A DNA stretch of 64,000 nt, from positions 125,552,001 through 125,616,000 of the forward strand of contig NC_058368.1 in NCBI RefSeq assembly GCF_018350175.1, read 5' to 3'. The notes below the pieces were generated by a model. It made no database searches. It was given only the letters and a program-made list of their open reading frames with translations, and was not told the DNA's origin. Made by a program: the position numbers and the translations under genes. Of this stretch, positions 1 through 10,820 are shown in pieces. The stretch is from Felis catus. Its lineage: Eukaryota. Numbering within the stretch: the stretch's first letter is position 1; every line of letters begins with the position of its first letter.

Positions 1-581
1 TTTCTTTAGGGTCTGAGTCATTAAAAGTCCTATTTATGTTTTAAAACTTTTATCACAGTGTATAGATATAGTAGAAGGTCCTCCAGAGAGGTCCCTGGGT
101 TCCAGACATCATTTTTTTCTGCCCCTTTGTTTAGTAACAACCTTAATTTCCTTTGATAACTAAGAATAACCATTCCAGAGGGAGAGTAATCACTTTGTTT
201 GATGGTTGGTTCAGTGGCATGAATGGCCTTAAATGACAGGAGGCCAGTTTCAACTTCCCATTCAATGGAACACTTGTCTTGTGTCCTGGTGGGACTCTTT
301 TTTCCCCATGGGAACCAATACCTCTGTCTAGTGGACTGCAAAGAGGTAAGGAAGGTACTGAACATTTCATGACTGGTTCATAAGTTGTATTAATGAGATA
401 AGCCACTTCTGCTTCTGTCCTTATCTTATGGAATTATTGTGACTAGGGTAGAAACAATACAGTTTATTGGATATTTTGGGGGACCATATACTAAACTTTT
501 AGAACAGCACCTAGCCTTGCAAGGTACTGTTTTCCAGGTGGTACTGTAATTGAGTTTTCAAAAGACTATTGCATCATTCTA
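1..581 (-). pseudogene. Degenerate ERV-L/MaLR-internal pol remnant: integrase C-terminus followed by dUTPase
   Basis: The minus strand from ~579 reads E*CNSLLKTQLQYHLENSTLQG*, like the ERV-L integrase segment ERWNGLLKxQLQCQLGxNTLQGW. ORFs 143..406 (VPPGHKTSVPLNGKLKL..FMPLNQPSNK) and 30..365 (ILSYQRKLRLLLNKGAEKNDVWNPG..LLLYLYTVIKV) resemble consecutive parts of the ERV-L dUTPase. Stops and frameshifts throughout. Confidence 0.8.
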
Positions 582-801
582 GAAAATTTTTAAATGTTTA
601 TTATTTTGAGAGAGAAAGGGAGAGGGAGAAAGAATGAGCAGGGGAAGGGCAGAGAGAGAGAGAGGGAGACAAAATCCCAAGCACTCTCCAGGCTCTGAGC
701 TGTCAGCACAGAGCCCAATATGGGGCTCAAACTCACTAACCACGAGATCATGACCTGAGCCGAAGTTGGATGCTCAATCAACTGAGTCACCAAGGTGCCC
801 A
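582..801 (-). mobile_element. Can-SINE (felid type)
   Basis: tRNA-derived head, (CT)n tract and A-tail on minus; 17-bp TSD actattgcatcattcta at 565-581 and 802-818. Confidence 0.95.
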
Positions 802-899
802 ACTATTGCATCATTCTAAAATACCACCTTTGTCTGGGTGATGAGTTACATAGTAAGACTCTGGTGAGGGTCTTACATAGCAACGGACCCTGTTGGCAT

Positions 900-1089
900 G
901 AGCCTGTATCCTCCCCTGCACATTCCAGCTCTCATGTGAGTTCATCATGTTGGCTGAAACTACTTGTATCCAGAACCTGCTGTCAGGGAAGTCTAAGAAA
1001 TGTAGATTTCAGCCTATGCAATATGGTGGAATGCATAGAAGGGAGTGGGGATGAATGCTGATTACCACTAGACACCATTGGTATGCACA
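900..1089 (-). mobile_element. Old MaLR LTR fragment (MLT1J/K-like)
   Basis: gggaagtctaagaaatgtagatttcagc...gggagtggggatgaatgctga...tgcaca resembles the reverse complement of an MLT1 5' end. Confidence 0.5.
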
Positions 1090-1129
1090 GCTTGCTCTGT
1101 TACATCATGTAGGTTTCTGCACAGATATA

Positions 1130-1305
1130 GCTTCTCTAGAAAGACTTTCCCTGGCCACATTATTCAAAATATCATCCTGCTTCTATTTCCTTACTGTGCT
1201 TTACTTTATGGAGAAAACATGACTATGTAAAGCAGTGATATTTTCTTACATGCTTGATTGCTTATTGCCCATTTATCCCACCATTGTGTAAGCTACATGA
1301 TGGAA
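1130..1305 (+). mobile_element. L2 3' fragment
   Basis: actttccctggccac...ttgtgtaagctacatga resembles the L2 3' end; heavily diverged. Confidence 0.45.
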
Positions 1306-1749
1306 CAATAATAAATCTAGAATTTGATTCTGATTATTTTAACTCAGGAAACAAAGTACAGAAGAAGTTAAAAAGTGTGATAACATATTTTTCTTTTTCA
1401 TATTCTTTGTATGTATATGTGGGCATGTGTGTAAGGATGGGATGTAGATACTCATTAACACTGGAGATAGATAGGGAAATGTATAAAAATACGTATGTTA
1501 AAGTCTAATACTAAGAAGCTTCTGTGGTGAATCAAACATATTTGTTATCTTCCATTCTGTTTCCATTACAGTTATAGGGGAAAAATTTTTTAAAGATATA
1601 ATCCTACAAAGAAAATAAATCTGGAGAGGAAATAACAACATTTTCAAAGCTAGAAAGCAGGGCATGAAGGGCTGTTGATCCAGCAGAACAGAGGAGCTGA
1701 TTCTTTGTGTCCACGTAATGCATTTAATTATTTATTTTATTTTATTTTT

Positions 1750-1815
1750 TCTATTCTATTCTATTCTATTCTATTCTATTCTATTCTATTCTATTCTGTT
1801 ATTCTATTCTATTTC
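1750..1815. repeat. (TATTC)n pentanucleotide microsatellite in the L1 tail
   Basis: About 12 copies of ctatt read directly. Confidence 0.95.
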
Positions 1816-2452
1816 TAATATAGTTAACTTACAGTGTTACATTAGTTTCAGACATATAATATAGTGATTCAGCATTTCCATACATCTTCAGTGCTCATCA
1901 CGACAAGTGCCCTCCTTAATCCCTGTCACCTGTTTAACCTATCCCCCCACCCATCTCCCCTCTTGTAACCGTAACTTTGTTCTCAATAGTTAAGAGTCTA
2001 CTTCTTGCATTCTTTCCCTCTTTCTCTGTTTCATTTTTTCCCCTTGCTCATTTGTTTTGTTTCTTAAATTCCATATATGAGTGAACTCATATGGTATTTG
2101 TCTTTCTCTAACTGACTTATTTCACTTAGCATTACACTCTCTAGTTCCATCCATGTCATTGCAAATGGCAAGATTTCATTCTTTTTTGTGGCTGCGTAAT
2201 ATTCCAAGGACACTTGGGTTCCTTCCATAGTTGGCTCTATAAATAATACTGCTGTAAATATAGGGATGCTTGTATCCCTTTGAATTAGTTTTTGTGTGTT
2301 TTTTTGGTAAATACCCAGTAGTGTGATTACTGGATTGTAGGATAGTCCTATTTTTAACTTTTTAAGGATCCTCCATACTGTTTTCCAAACTGGGTGCACC
2401 AGTTTGCTCTCCTGCCAGTAGTACAAAAGTGTTCTTTTTTCTCCACATTCTT

Positions 2453-2679
2453 TTTTTTTTTTTTTAATTTTTTTTTCAACATTTATTTATTTTTGGGACA
2501 GAGAGAGACAGAGCATGAACGGGGGAGGGGCAGAGAGAGAGGGAGACACAGAATCGGAAACAGGCTCCAGGCTCCGAGCCATCAGCCTAGAGCCTGACGC
2601 GGGGCTCGAACTCACGGACGGCGAGATCGTGACCTGGCTGAAGTCAGATGCTTAACCGACTGCGCCACCCAGGCGCCCC
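2453..2679 (-). mobile_element. Young Can-SINE (SINEC_Fc-like)
   Basis: CpG-rich near-consensus body, long T tract; TSD tctccacattctt at 2440-2452 and 2681-2693. Confidence 0.97.
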
Positions 2680-2731
2680 ATCTCCACATTCTTGCCAGCA
2701 CTTGTTATTTCTTGTGTTAGAGAAGCTGATT

Positions 2732-2964
2732 AAAAAAACTTTTTTAATGTTTATTTTTGAGAGAGAGAGAGAGAGAGAGAGAAAGCAAGAGCAACTGAGC
2801 ATGAGCAGGGGCGGGGCAGAGAGAGAAGGAGACAGAATCCCAAGCATGCTCCAGGCTCTGAGCTGTCAGCACATAGCTCTATGTGGGGCTCAAACTCACA
2901 AACTGTGATATCATGACCTGAGCTGAAGTTGGATGCTTAACTAACTGAGCCACCCAGATGCTTC
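2732..2964 (-). mobile_element. Can-SINE
   Basis: SINE body with (GA)n; imperfect TSD tagagaagctgatt / tagaggagctaatt. Confidence 0.93.
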
Positions 2965-2999
2965 TAGAGGAGCTAATTTTTAAATAAACAGTAAGGAAA

Positions 3000-4040
3000 G
3001 TGGAGAAGAAACCTGATACACATCATGGAATCCCTAGTCTCAGGAAATTGTAGTGCCAAGTACCTTGGAAGTGAGAGGTTGAAGAAGGGCTTAGTTTAGT
3101 ATATAGTAGGTTGAAACTTGTTTATAGGTAATAAGACTCCTTGATCTTAACCCATTCCATGCAGTTGCAGCCTGTTCCATCCTGTCTTGTCAGTCACTGA
3201 AAGTTTATTGTCTGAAGTGTATAAACAGAGGGTCTGGACTGGGAGCACTAGTCTTGGTTGAGGGTGGGGTACCACACTGAAAATAAGGTTAAATGAAAGT
3301 TTACTTTCTGACTGTTAGATCATCTTCCTTCTTTCTCAATGTTGTAAAGTTTGGGTAGAATTATACCCTCTTGCCATGATACCTACCAGTCCAAGAAAAG
3401 ACCTGCAGAAAACTAACATTGAGGCTTCCTTAACATAGTAGCACAAGCAGACCTCCCTGACAGTGAAGCCTCATGCACAGAGCATATACCCAGCTTTGTA
3501 GCACCTCACTCTTAAATGTGAGTGGATGGCAAAGATCATGAGCCATTTAAAGGAAGTCTATTATGTGAAACCAGAGACTAGGGGATAACAGAAGAAAAAC
3601 CAACTGGAGGAAAACAGAAACTATGCAGGAAGATGGAAACACACACAAAAAAACCCAAAACAAACAAACTTAGTTTCATTAATATCCTTGGAGAGATAAT
3701 GTATTCCACTGATGGTATAAAAAGTAGAAAGCTATAAAAATAAAACATTTAAAAGACAAAAATAAGGTAGCTTGAAATTTAAAAATATGAAAACAAATAT
3801 ATCTCTGTAGAAGATTTGGAAGATGAAATTGAAAAAATCTCTCAGAAACTGTATGGCAAACATACCAGAAGATAGATTAGAGAGAAAAGAAAATGAATTT
3901 AAAGGACCAGTCCAGGAGTTCCAGATGTTTGGGAAAGTGAGAATGGAGAAAATAGAGGGGAGGACATTATTAAACAACTCAAGAACATTTCCAAATTTGA
4001 AGAACTGTTTCCAGATTTAAAGAGTACAGTAAATGGATAA
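3000..4040 (+). mobile_element. Ancient L1/HAL1-like 5' region with ORF1 remnant
   Basis: 3810-4025 encodes broken EDLEDEIEKISQK...ENGENRGEDIIKQ...FPNLK..FQI, like the L1 ORF1 coiled-coil/RRM junction; left boundary uncertain. Confidence 0.55.
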
Positions 4041-4299
4041 GAATTTCAGAGCTATGTGGACAGAGAGAAAGAAGGAAGGAAGTTTTATGTTTTTATAAGT
4101 TTTCGTATTTTTATAGTTATGAGATTTGAAGAGGTTCACACACTTTACAAAAATTCAATATTCATATCCACAAAGAAACCAATTAATCAATGGCAAACAT
4201 GAGAGTAGGAGAAAATATTGAAAATATAGGACAAATATATGCTTGAAAAGGGAAAAGAAGGTTTACTCTATACTATATATAGAGAGAATATATGTGAGT

Positions 4300-4790
4300 C
4301 AGTGAGGAAAAGATATTCCAAGAAGAAAATAGGAAAAGGCTGAGTGGCAAGTAGAAGAAATGCAAATGCTCTATAAACATCAGAAAACTGCTCAATATTA
4401 TTATTAATCCTAGAAATCAATATATTCAGATACCATTTTTGCCTATGAGATTGGGAAATTATTTTAATGATCAGTAGTATCCATTTTTGCAAGCACTTTG
4501 TGGAGGGGTATGAGAACATCATAGACTAGGTAGGAGTATAGAAGGCTACCACATTAAAAAAAATAAATTTGTTAGTATCTCTTTAAACTGATATATAACC
4601 TCTTTGACCAATCATATCCAATCTTCAGCACCTGTCCATAGAATACTTCCAAAGAGGCACAGTGATATATTTACAACTATGATCAATATAACTTTGTTCA
4701 TAATTGTGAAACAATGAAGTGGTGAATCTAAATGTCCACCAACAGGGGATTGATTAAAAGCAATAAGTTCATACAATGAAAGAGGATATC
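4300..4790 (+). mobile_element. Old L1ME-like ORF2 3' remnant
   Basis: gaagaaatgcaaatgc..taaacat, gataccattttt, ctttgacca, ctaaatgtccaccaacagggga occur in L1 3' order. Confidence 0.6.
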
Positions 4791-5306
4791 CTTAAAAGAA
4801 AAAAAGAGGCTAATTTCTAGACAAAAATTTCTATACCAAATCTCCTAAATAGTCTCAGGAAAATTTAGGCAGTACTAATAGACTGAGCCTTCATAGTGTT
4901 TTGCTGATGAGGATGGTTGCTATGGAAATTTAAATAAACCAAAACTCCTTTGGGGAATGGGTTAGTCTAAGCAGGCTTTCTTGAAGAAGTGAGTAGGTGG
5001 GAAGAAAATGTTGAGCCAGAAAAAGACTTGAAAGGCGGGCATTTCAGGAGTGCAGAATAAGGACAAAGGATTGTGTGGAAAAGAGAAGAAAAAGGGAAAA
5101 CAGATAGCTTATAAAGGATGGAGTAGAGACCTGCTCACCAAATGTGAAAGATCTTAGTAGAGACATGTCTTCAAGTTGGAAAACAACAACTTGAATTATA
5201 TTGCTGCCTTGTTATTTTCTTTCTTTTAAGATAAGAATTAAGAGACCTAACTAGAAGATGTGTTGGTAAAGAGATGATTCATATAATAGGAGAACTTTTG
5301 AGGGAT

Positions 5307-5490
5307 TGGTTGTAATAATTCCATTTGCATTCATGATTTTATCTATTTGGGTCATCTCCCTTTTCTTTTTGAGAAGCCTGGGTAGAGGTTTATCAATTTT
5401 GTTTATTTTTTCAAAAAGCCAACTCTTGGTTTCATTGATTTGCTGTACAGTTTATTTTAGATTCTATAGTGTTTATTTCTGCTCTGAACT
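5307..5490 (-). mobile_element. Isolated internal L1 ORF2 fragment
   Basis: Minus strand reads QINETKSWLFEKINKIDKPLPRLLKKKREMTQIDKIMNANGIITTN (ORF2 region between EN and RT). Confidence 0.9.
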
Positions 5491-6064
5491 TAAAAAAAAT
5501 TCTTAGGAATACAAGGGTGCCTTTTTAATTGCAATCAAATATGCTATCTGAAGTCATTGTGCTCCCTGAGCCTGGTCCAGAGCAAGTGGTGTGCCTCACT
5601 GGGACACAGGGTCTGGGGCATGGCCACTGCACTTCACCCCATTGTCTCTAAGCCACCGTCTCCTCTGCAGGTGGCCCAGCCTCCAGTTGCTGGGATAGGG
5701 AAGTCAGGGCGGAGGGTGAGGTGTGAGAATAGGAAAAAATTAATGCAAGTTCTTGAACGTCTTCAATTTATGGAAGAAATTATGTGCAAGAGTTCTGTAA
5801 CTTCTGCCTCCAACATAATATAAAAATAAGATAGTCAGTTGCCCTTCTTACATAGTCAAGCTCAGGATTTGGAAACCTTTAGGTACAGTGGGCCAAACCT
5901 CTAACTTGTTACCTGCTGGCATTAAGAAGGTGTTGAATCTCTTGACCTATGTGTATAGGTGTGTATGGGGCAATGGGATGGGAAGTTTTCATAGTTAAAT
6001 GAACAAAGTCATACTACTTGTCCATTTGTGGTCCTTGAATGCAATGAGAGGCCAGTGATGGCCC

Positions 6065-6400
6065 ACCTTCTGTACCAGAATCTCGTTTGCCCCTCCAAAT
6101 TCTGCCCTCCCCTTTCAAGCCTGCTTGCTGCTGTGGGAGGCTGACCTGTGTAGATTATATTGAGAACCCCTTGCACCTGCACTTCTGTTTTGCTTCAGCC
6201 AACAGGAGCATCTGCAAGAGATACACAGAAGTGTTGAGAGGGAGTTTCAAGGTGTGATTCCTGGCTCCCCTTCTGCTAGGCTGCCCTGGGTTGGTGGTGT
6301 TCCTCCAGCAAAGGTCCCTGCTCTTCACAGAGTGGCCTGACTCCATGCAAGAGCTGTCCCCTCTGGGCCATTTTACTGGTCAGTAGTTTTTGTGACCCTT
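6065..6400. mobile_element. ERVL LTR (LTR33-like)
   Basis: tttgcccctcca..ggaggctgacctgtgtaga..cccttgc..cagccaacagga..ttcctggctcccc matches the recalled LTR33 consensus. Confidence 0.65.
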
Positions 6401-6437
6401 TCTGAGTTTCTTTTCATTTTATTTCTGTCATTTACTG

Positions 6438-6570
6438 TATGTGTGACCTGAAATAAGTGTCTGAACCATTCTTAACCTCAATTTCCTTACTTGTAAAATA
6501 GGAAAAAAAAATTACTTGTCTTACAGGGCTCTAGTGCGAATGAAATGAGACAGCATGTAAGGGTTAATAT
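6438..6570 (+). mobile_element. MIR
   Basis: Core gtgtgacctg..aacctcaatttccttacttgtaaaatagg. Confidence 0.75.
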
Positions 6571-7019
6571 TGCCCTGGTGGTGCTGGTATGAATCATGTG
6601 TATCATATGACCTAAGCTGCAGCCTCCTCTATCTTCTTGCCCCTCTCTTGTTAGCATCATCATACCTCTTCATTCCCACCTGGATCTTCAGTCTAACAGT
6701 TTCAGAAGTGAATTATGTCTCTTGCCAGTTTGTATTACTAGTTACTTCCAGTATTTACTATTACATTTTGATGTTTAGGAGGATTTTCGCTAGAAAGCAT
6801 ATTCTAAAGCTCTAAACAACACATGCAACTTAGAGTCTCTGTTACAAACCTGAAAGACATTGTCAGATTTGGGGATGGCGCTAGTATGCAGTGCCAACCG
6901 GTACAGGTCAGGGAAGACTAGGGTGGAGAGAAAACAGCTTAGTGCTATGCAATGCTTGGAGAATATTACCATTTCACGGACACGTTTCAATATCCCAGAA
7001 GAGAAGCCTTCATTTCCAT

Positions 7020-7847
7020 GGGTAGAGACTACCAATTGCCTCCCCAAATCTATTCTCTGCTTCCTGCTAAGCTGGTGTTAGAAGATAAACTGAGGCATAT
7101 TATAATTTTTTTAAGCATTTGTTTGAGCAAAAATCAATTTGAATCAGGAAGCATCCAATCTAGCAGAGAAAAAGGAGCTCTGAGGAGTTATATAAAATGA
7201 AAAACTTTTATAGGCAGAAGAGAGTGGGAAGGAGGAAGTTGTAAAAAAGCAGAGTGGTTATTGCAAGGTTACTTTCCTTTAGGGGTTGGCTGGGGTCTAT
7301 CAGGCAGACTGCTTAACTCGAGCTGATCAGGAGATTCCTGATTGCCTGGTTTAAGATATCATTTCTGGCACAGCTGAAACTGTAATTAAGTCTTGGTTTG
7401 GTTACCTGAGGCTTAGATAACTAATTCCACTTTGGGCCTGTTGTTTTGTTTGTAATACTGGGCCCTTTGCTACTTGGTAAAAGTCTACCTTTTCTTGCTT
7501 CTTTATGACAAGGGTGTGGCCATGTGACTAAGTTTGGAAAATGAAATGCGATATGGAAGAATACTTCTAAAATATTCTTTAAGCACAGAAGCATGTTTCT
7601 TCTCTAGTCCTTCCTTTTCCTTGTTGTTTGGAATGTGGCCATGGTGGCTGGAGGTCAAGGAACCATCTTAAACCGTGAGTTGGCAAGCCAAGGATGGAGA
7701 AGGGCCACAGAGTGGAAGCCTGGCTCCTAACTATGCATTGATCAGATCAGCCCTCAACTGTCTGCCTCAGGCTTTTATTATGTGTTTATACCACTGTTGT
7801 TACTATCTTTTTAAATAATTCAGCCCAGCTTGGTTTTAACTGATGCA
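7020..7847 (+). mobile_element. MLT1J-like MaLR LTR, split by a younger LTR
   Basis: gtggccatgtgactaagttt..tggaatgtggccatggtggctggag..ccatctt..aactgatgca. Confidence 0.65.
7076..7457. mobile_element. Solo ERV1-type LTR
   Basis: Begins TGTTAG, ends GTAATA (decayed ..AACA); 4-bp TSD CTGG at 7072-7075 and 7458-7461; interrupts the MLT1. Confidence 0.7.
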
Positions 7848-8940
7848 TCCAATCTCTGGGTTTGGGAGTTAGGAGACAACAGCCTAAGGATGTTTTCATT
7901 TATTTTTGGATCACAGTGAAACACTTGGAGAGGTGAAATTAATATTCATTTTTGGATTCCAGAACTTTTTTTTGCTAGTGATCCATGCTACCTCTATAAT
8001 ATTCTCTCATTGTCTCCTCCCTTCCCCCCCCCCATTCTTTTCCTCTCAGATGCTAAAGTTCAGAGTTAAATATTCAAAATCTCTTCCTTATGGGATTTGG
8101 ATTAAAGTGTTATTTGAAGGAATCTTTGATGTGTTTCCAAAACCACTGCCGAATTGCAAAAATGAAGTGTCAAGAAACAATAGAATCCTGCTGTAAGCAA
8201 GAGTCCAATAAATTATTCAGAGTATTTAAAAGGATACTTTATTATCAGATGTTTATAGTTTTACAGCCTGAAAAGCAGAAAGAACACACAAATGCCCTTT
8301 AAACCTTCTTCTTTCTGATGGTGCAATGTTCCTATGAACTCTGCTGCTGCTGTCCTCGCTGTCGGCTCTCTCCCTGGGATTTAATGGAGGTGGCGCTTTG
8401 ATTATTACCAGAAGCCCACCCAGATAGTTACACACAGGTCAATAATAACTCACTGAAGAAGTTGAGCTCATGCAGTGCAGAATGGGGAACAACTAGTCCT
8501 TTTTAGGCCAGAGAAAAACCAATATTACAACATAAATTTGGAGTTATAACATTACCACTCTCTCCAGGTCATCACAAAATAAAGCTAATCTAAGGAAAAT
8601 GGTGAGATATGTGTAATACTGCCACACAAAAGACCTACAGATAGATGTGGATCAAACTGATTTTTCAGTGTACAACCATGTGATTTGAATGCCGAAATAA
8701 GAAAGAAAACGAGTCCCCTAAAATAAGACAAACCAACACGCCCTTCTAACAAGTAGTGTCATAGATATTTGAGATATAAAGCCATTAAGGTTTTTTTTTT
8801 TTCCTTTTTGCCAGCTCAAGGGAAGTGTCTGTTTGCTACAGCTGATCAAAACAATTATTTGTAAATTATAAAAGCAGTGCCTCTGTTTAATGGGACCATA
8901 TAATCTCTACATCTTGACAATTAGGTGGTAGAAAATATTA

Positions 8941-9155
8941 GGGGCTCAGTCATTTTAAGCATCCAACTTTGGCTCGGTTCATGATTTCATGGTTCCTGAG
9001 GTTGAGCCCTGTGTGGGGCTCTGTGCTGACAGCTCAGAGCCTGGAGCCTGCTTCAGATTCTGGGTCTTCCCCTCTCTTTGCCCCTCCCCCATTTGCATTG
9101 TGTCTCTGTCACTCTTTCAAAAAATGAATAAACATTAAAAAAATCTAAAAAAAGA
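8941..9155 (+). mobile_element. Can-SINE
   Basis: SINE body, CT tract, aataaa and A tail; TSD gaaaatatta / ggaaatatta. Confidence 0.93.
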
Positions 9156-9469
9156 AGGAAATATTATAAATGAGCCTTCCTTTGTGAGAGGGCTCGTGAG
9201 AGGTTTCCAGATTGGTTCTTTTTGGTGTGGGGTGAGGGTGGGGAGGGAAGAAAGGGTGGTGAAACAATTGGAAGCCTGAAATTCCCAAGTAATGTTTGAT
9301 TGTGAGCGGGGAATCTGCGCTGCTACCTTATCAACCTGCTGAGATCACTTTTTTGTCTCCTCTACCTGAGGGTAAGTGTTCTTCAGTTTAGGCCACACTA
9401 TCACTCATTTTCCATCCATCCTTTCTTAAAAGCACCCATTTGTGCCCTACCCGGAAAGTTGTAGAGTAT

Positions 9470-9690
9470 AGCAGGTAAGAGATGGATTCAGGAACTAGAC
9501 TCTTCCATCTTAGAATCTTGGCCCTTCACTTCCTAGTGAGTGATCTTGGGCAAGGTACTTCCCTGTGTCAGTTTTGTTATCTGTGAAATGAAACATGGAT
9601 TGTTAGGATTAAATGTGCCATTACTTTTAAGTACTTAAAACAGCATCTGGTATATTGTAGGTCCCATGTAAGTGTTTGTTAAATGCTTTT
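9470..9690 (+). mobile_element. MIR
   Basis: aatcttggcccttcacttcctagtgagtgatcttgggcaag..tctgtgaaatg..aggattaaatg. Confidence 0.8.
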
Positions 9691-10820
9691 AAAAATAATT
9701 CGTGTGAATTTCAGAGCTATAAATTGACCTACTCAGAATGGATAGCTGATTAGGACATTACCATTTCTCCAACTGAGGCAAAATGAATGTATGTGTGGTG
9801 GGAGAGATGGTGGGGGATGGTGGTGGGGATTTGGTGGAATTAGGAGTTGTGAAGGATGGAAATGCCCACGAATTTCTGGTTCACGTGCTCTCACCAGTGT
9901 TTGATCATGGCAGCACCAGCGGTGAGGGCTTCACCAAAGGTGCCCTCGGTTTCATCGTCGTGTGTTTGATCAGGAGACACGCAGAGAAGAGAGGAATCGA
10001 GGTGTGCACTTGAACTTGTAGACAGTGAATCCATATGGGCAGACATGGGGGTCATGCTTTGCTGAGGCAGGGTGGTCAGAACAAAAGCATTAAAGACACA
10101 ACGAGAGACAACTTTAGAAGCTGAGGTCTCACCATGGAGGGCTGTACAGCAGCCTGGTTGCCAGGCCAGCACAGCAGGCTGCACCGAGCGGTAGTGGCCC
10201 CGGTGCTGCTGCCTGACCTCAGCCAGGTACAACACACAGTCTCTCCTCTGCCAAGTTCTCCGGATCTGGACTAGAGCATGCTGCCAGTGAGCTCTCAGTG
10301 TGAAAGGACCGTTTTGTAGTAGCAGCTACATCTTGAACAACATCTGTTTTAAAGGCAGAAAGAATATGGGAGGTCTTGATCCTCTGAACTTTTTCCTCAT
10401 TTATAGTGAGGATTTTAATAATAATTTCTACCTCAAGGATTTGTTGTAAGGATTTTAAAAAGTGAGTATAAAAGTTCTTTGTAAGTAGAAAGTATATTTC
10501 ACTAATATCAGTTGTTATTATATAGATGATATATACACATTGTGTTTTGTTTATAGAGAGCTGGCCTACTGCATACAGTAGAGATATTCCTGAAAAGGTG
10601 TGTAAATATTTTTTCATATCCTAGAGACCACCCCTTCCCTTTAGGAGACAAGTCTATGATGTATTAATTTCAGTAAGCATTCACTCTGTCCTAACACACT
10701 GCTTTTCTCTAGTTAGATATGGAACAGAGTATTTTGTTACTCCAAGAAACCTGATGGAAAAGAATCATTTTATAAGGGAACATAGTGCCTCATTAGCAGT
10801 TTTTAAGTTCTAATTTTTTT

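Larger units (their letters stand above)
1703..2718 (-). mobile_element. 5'-truncated carnivore L1 (ORF2 C-terminus, 3'UTR, tail), interrupted by a SINE
   Basis: ORF 2064..2426 (VWKTVWRILKKLKI..EILPFAMTWMELESVMLSEISQLEKDKYHM) is the L1 ORF2 C-terminus; flanked by agaggagctgatt (1690-1702) and agagaagctgatt (2719-2731). Confidence 0.92.

Noticed and set aside
10219..10617. 132-aa minus ORF as a single-exon gene
   Set aside because: The N-terminal two-thirds crosses AT-rich, MIR-like sequence; only the portion after the acceptor-like site was kept as a candidate.
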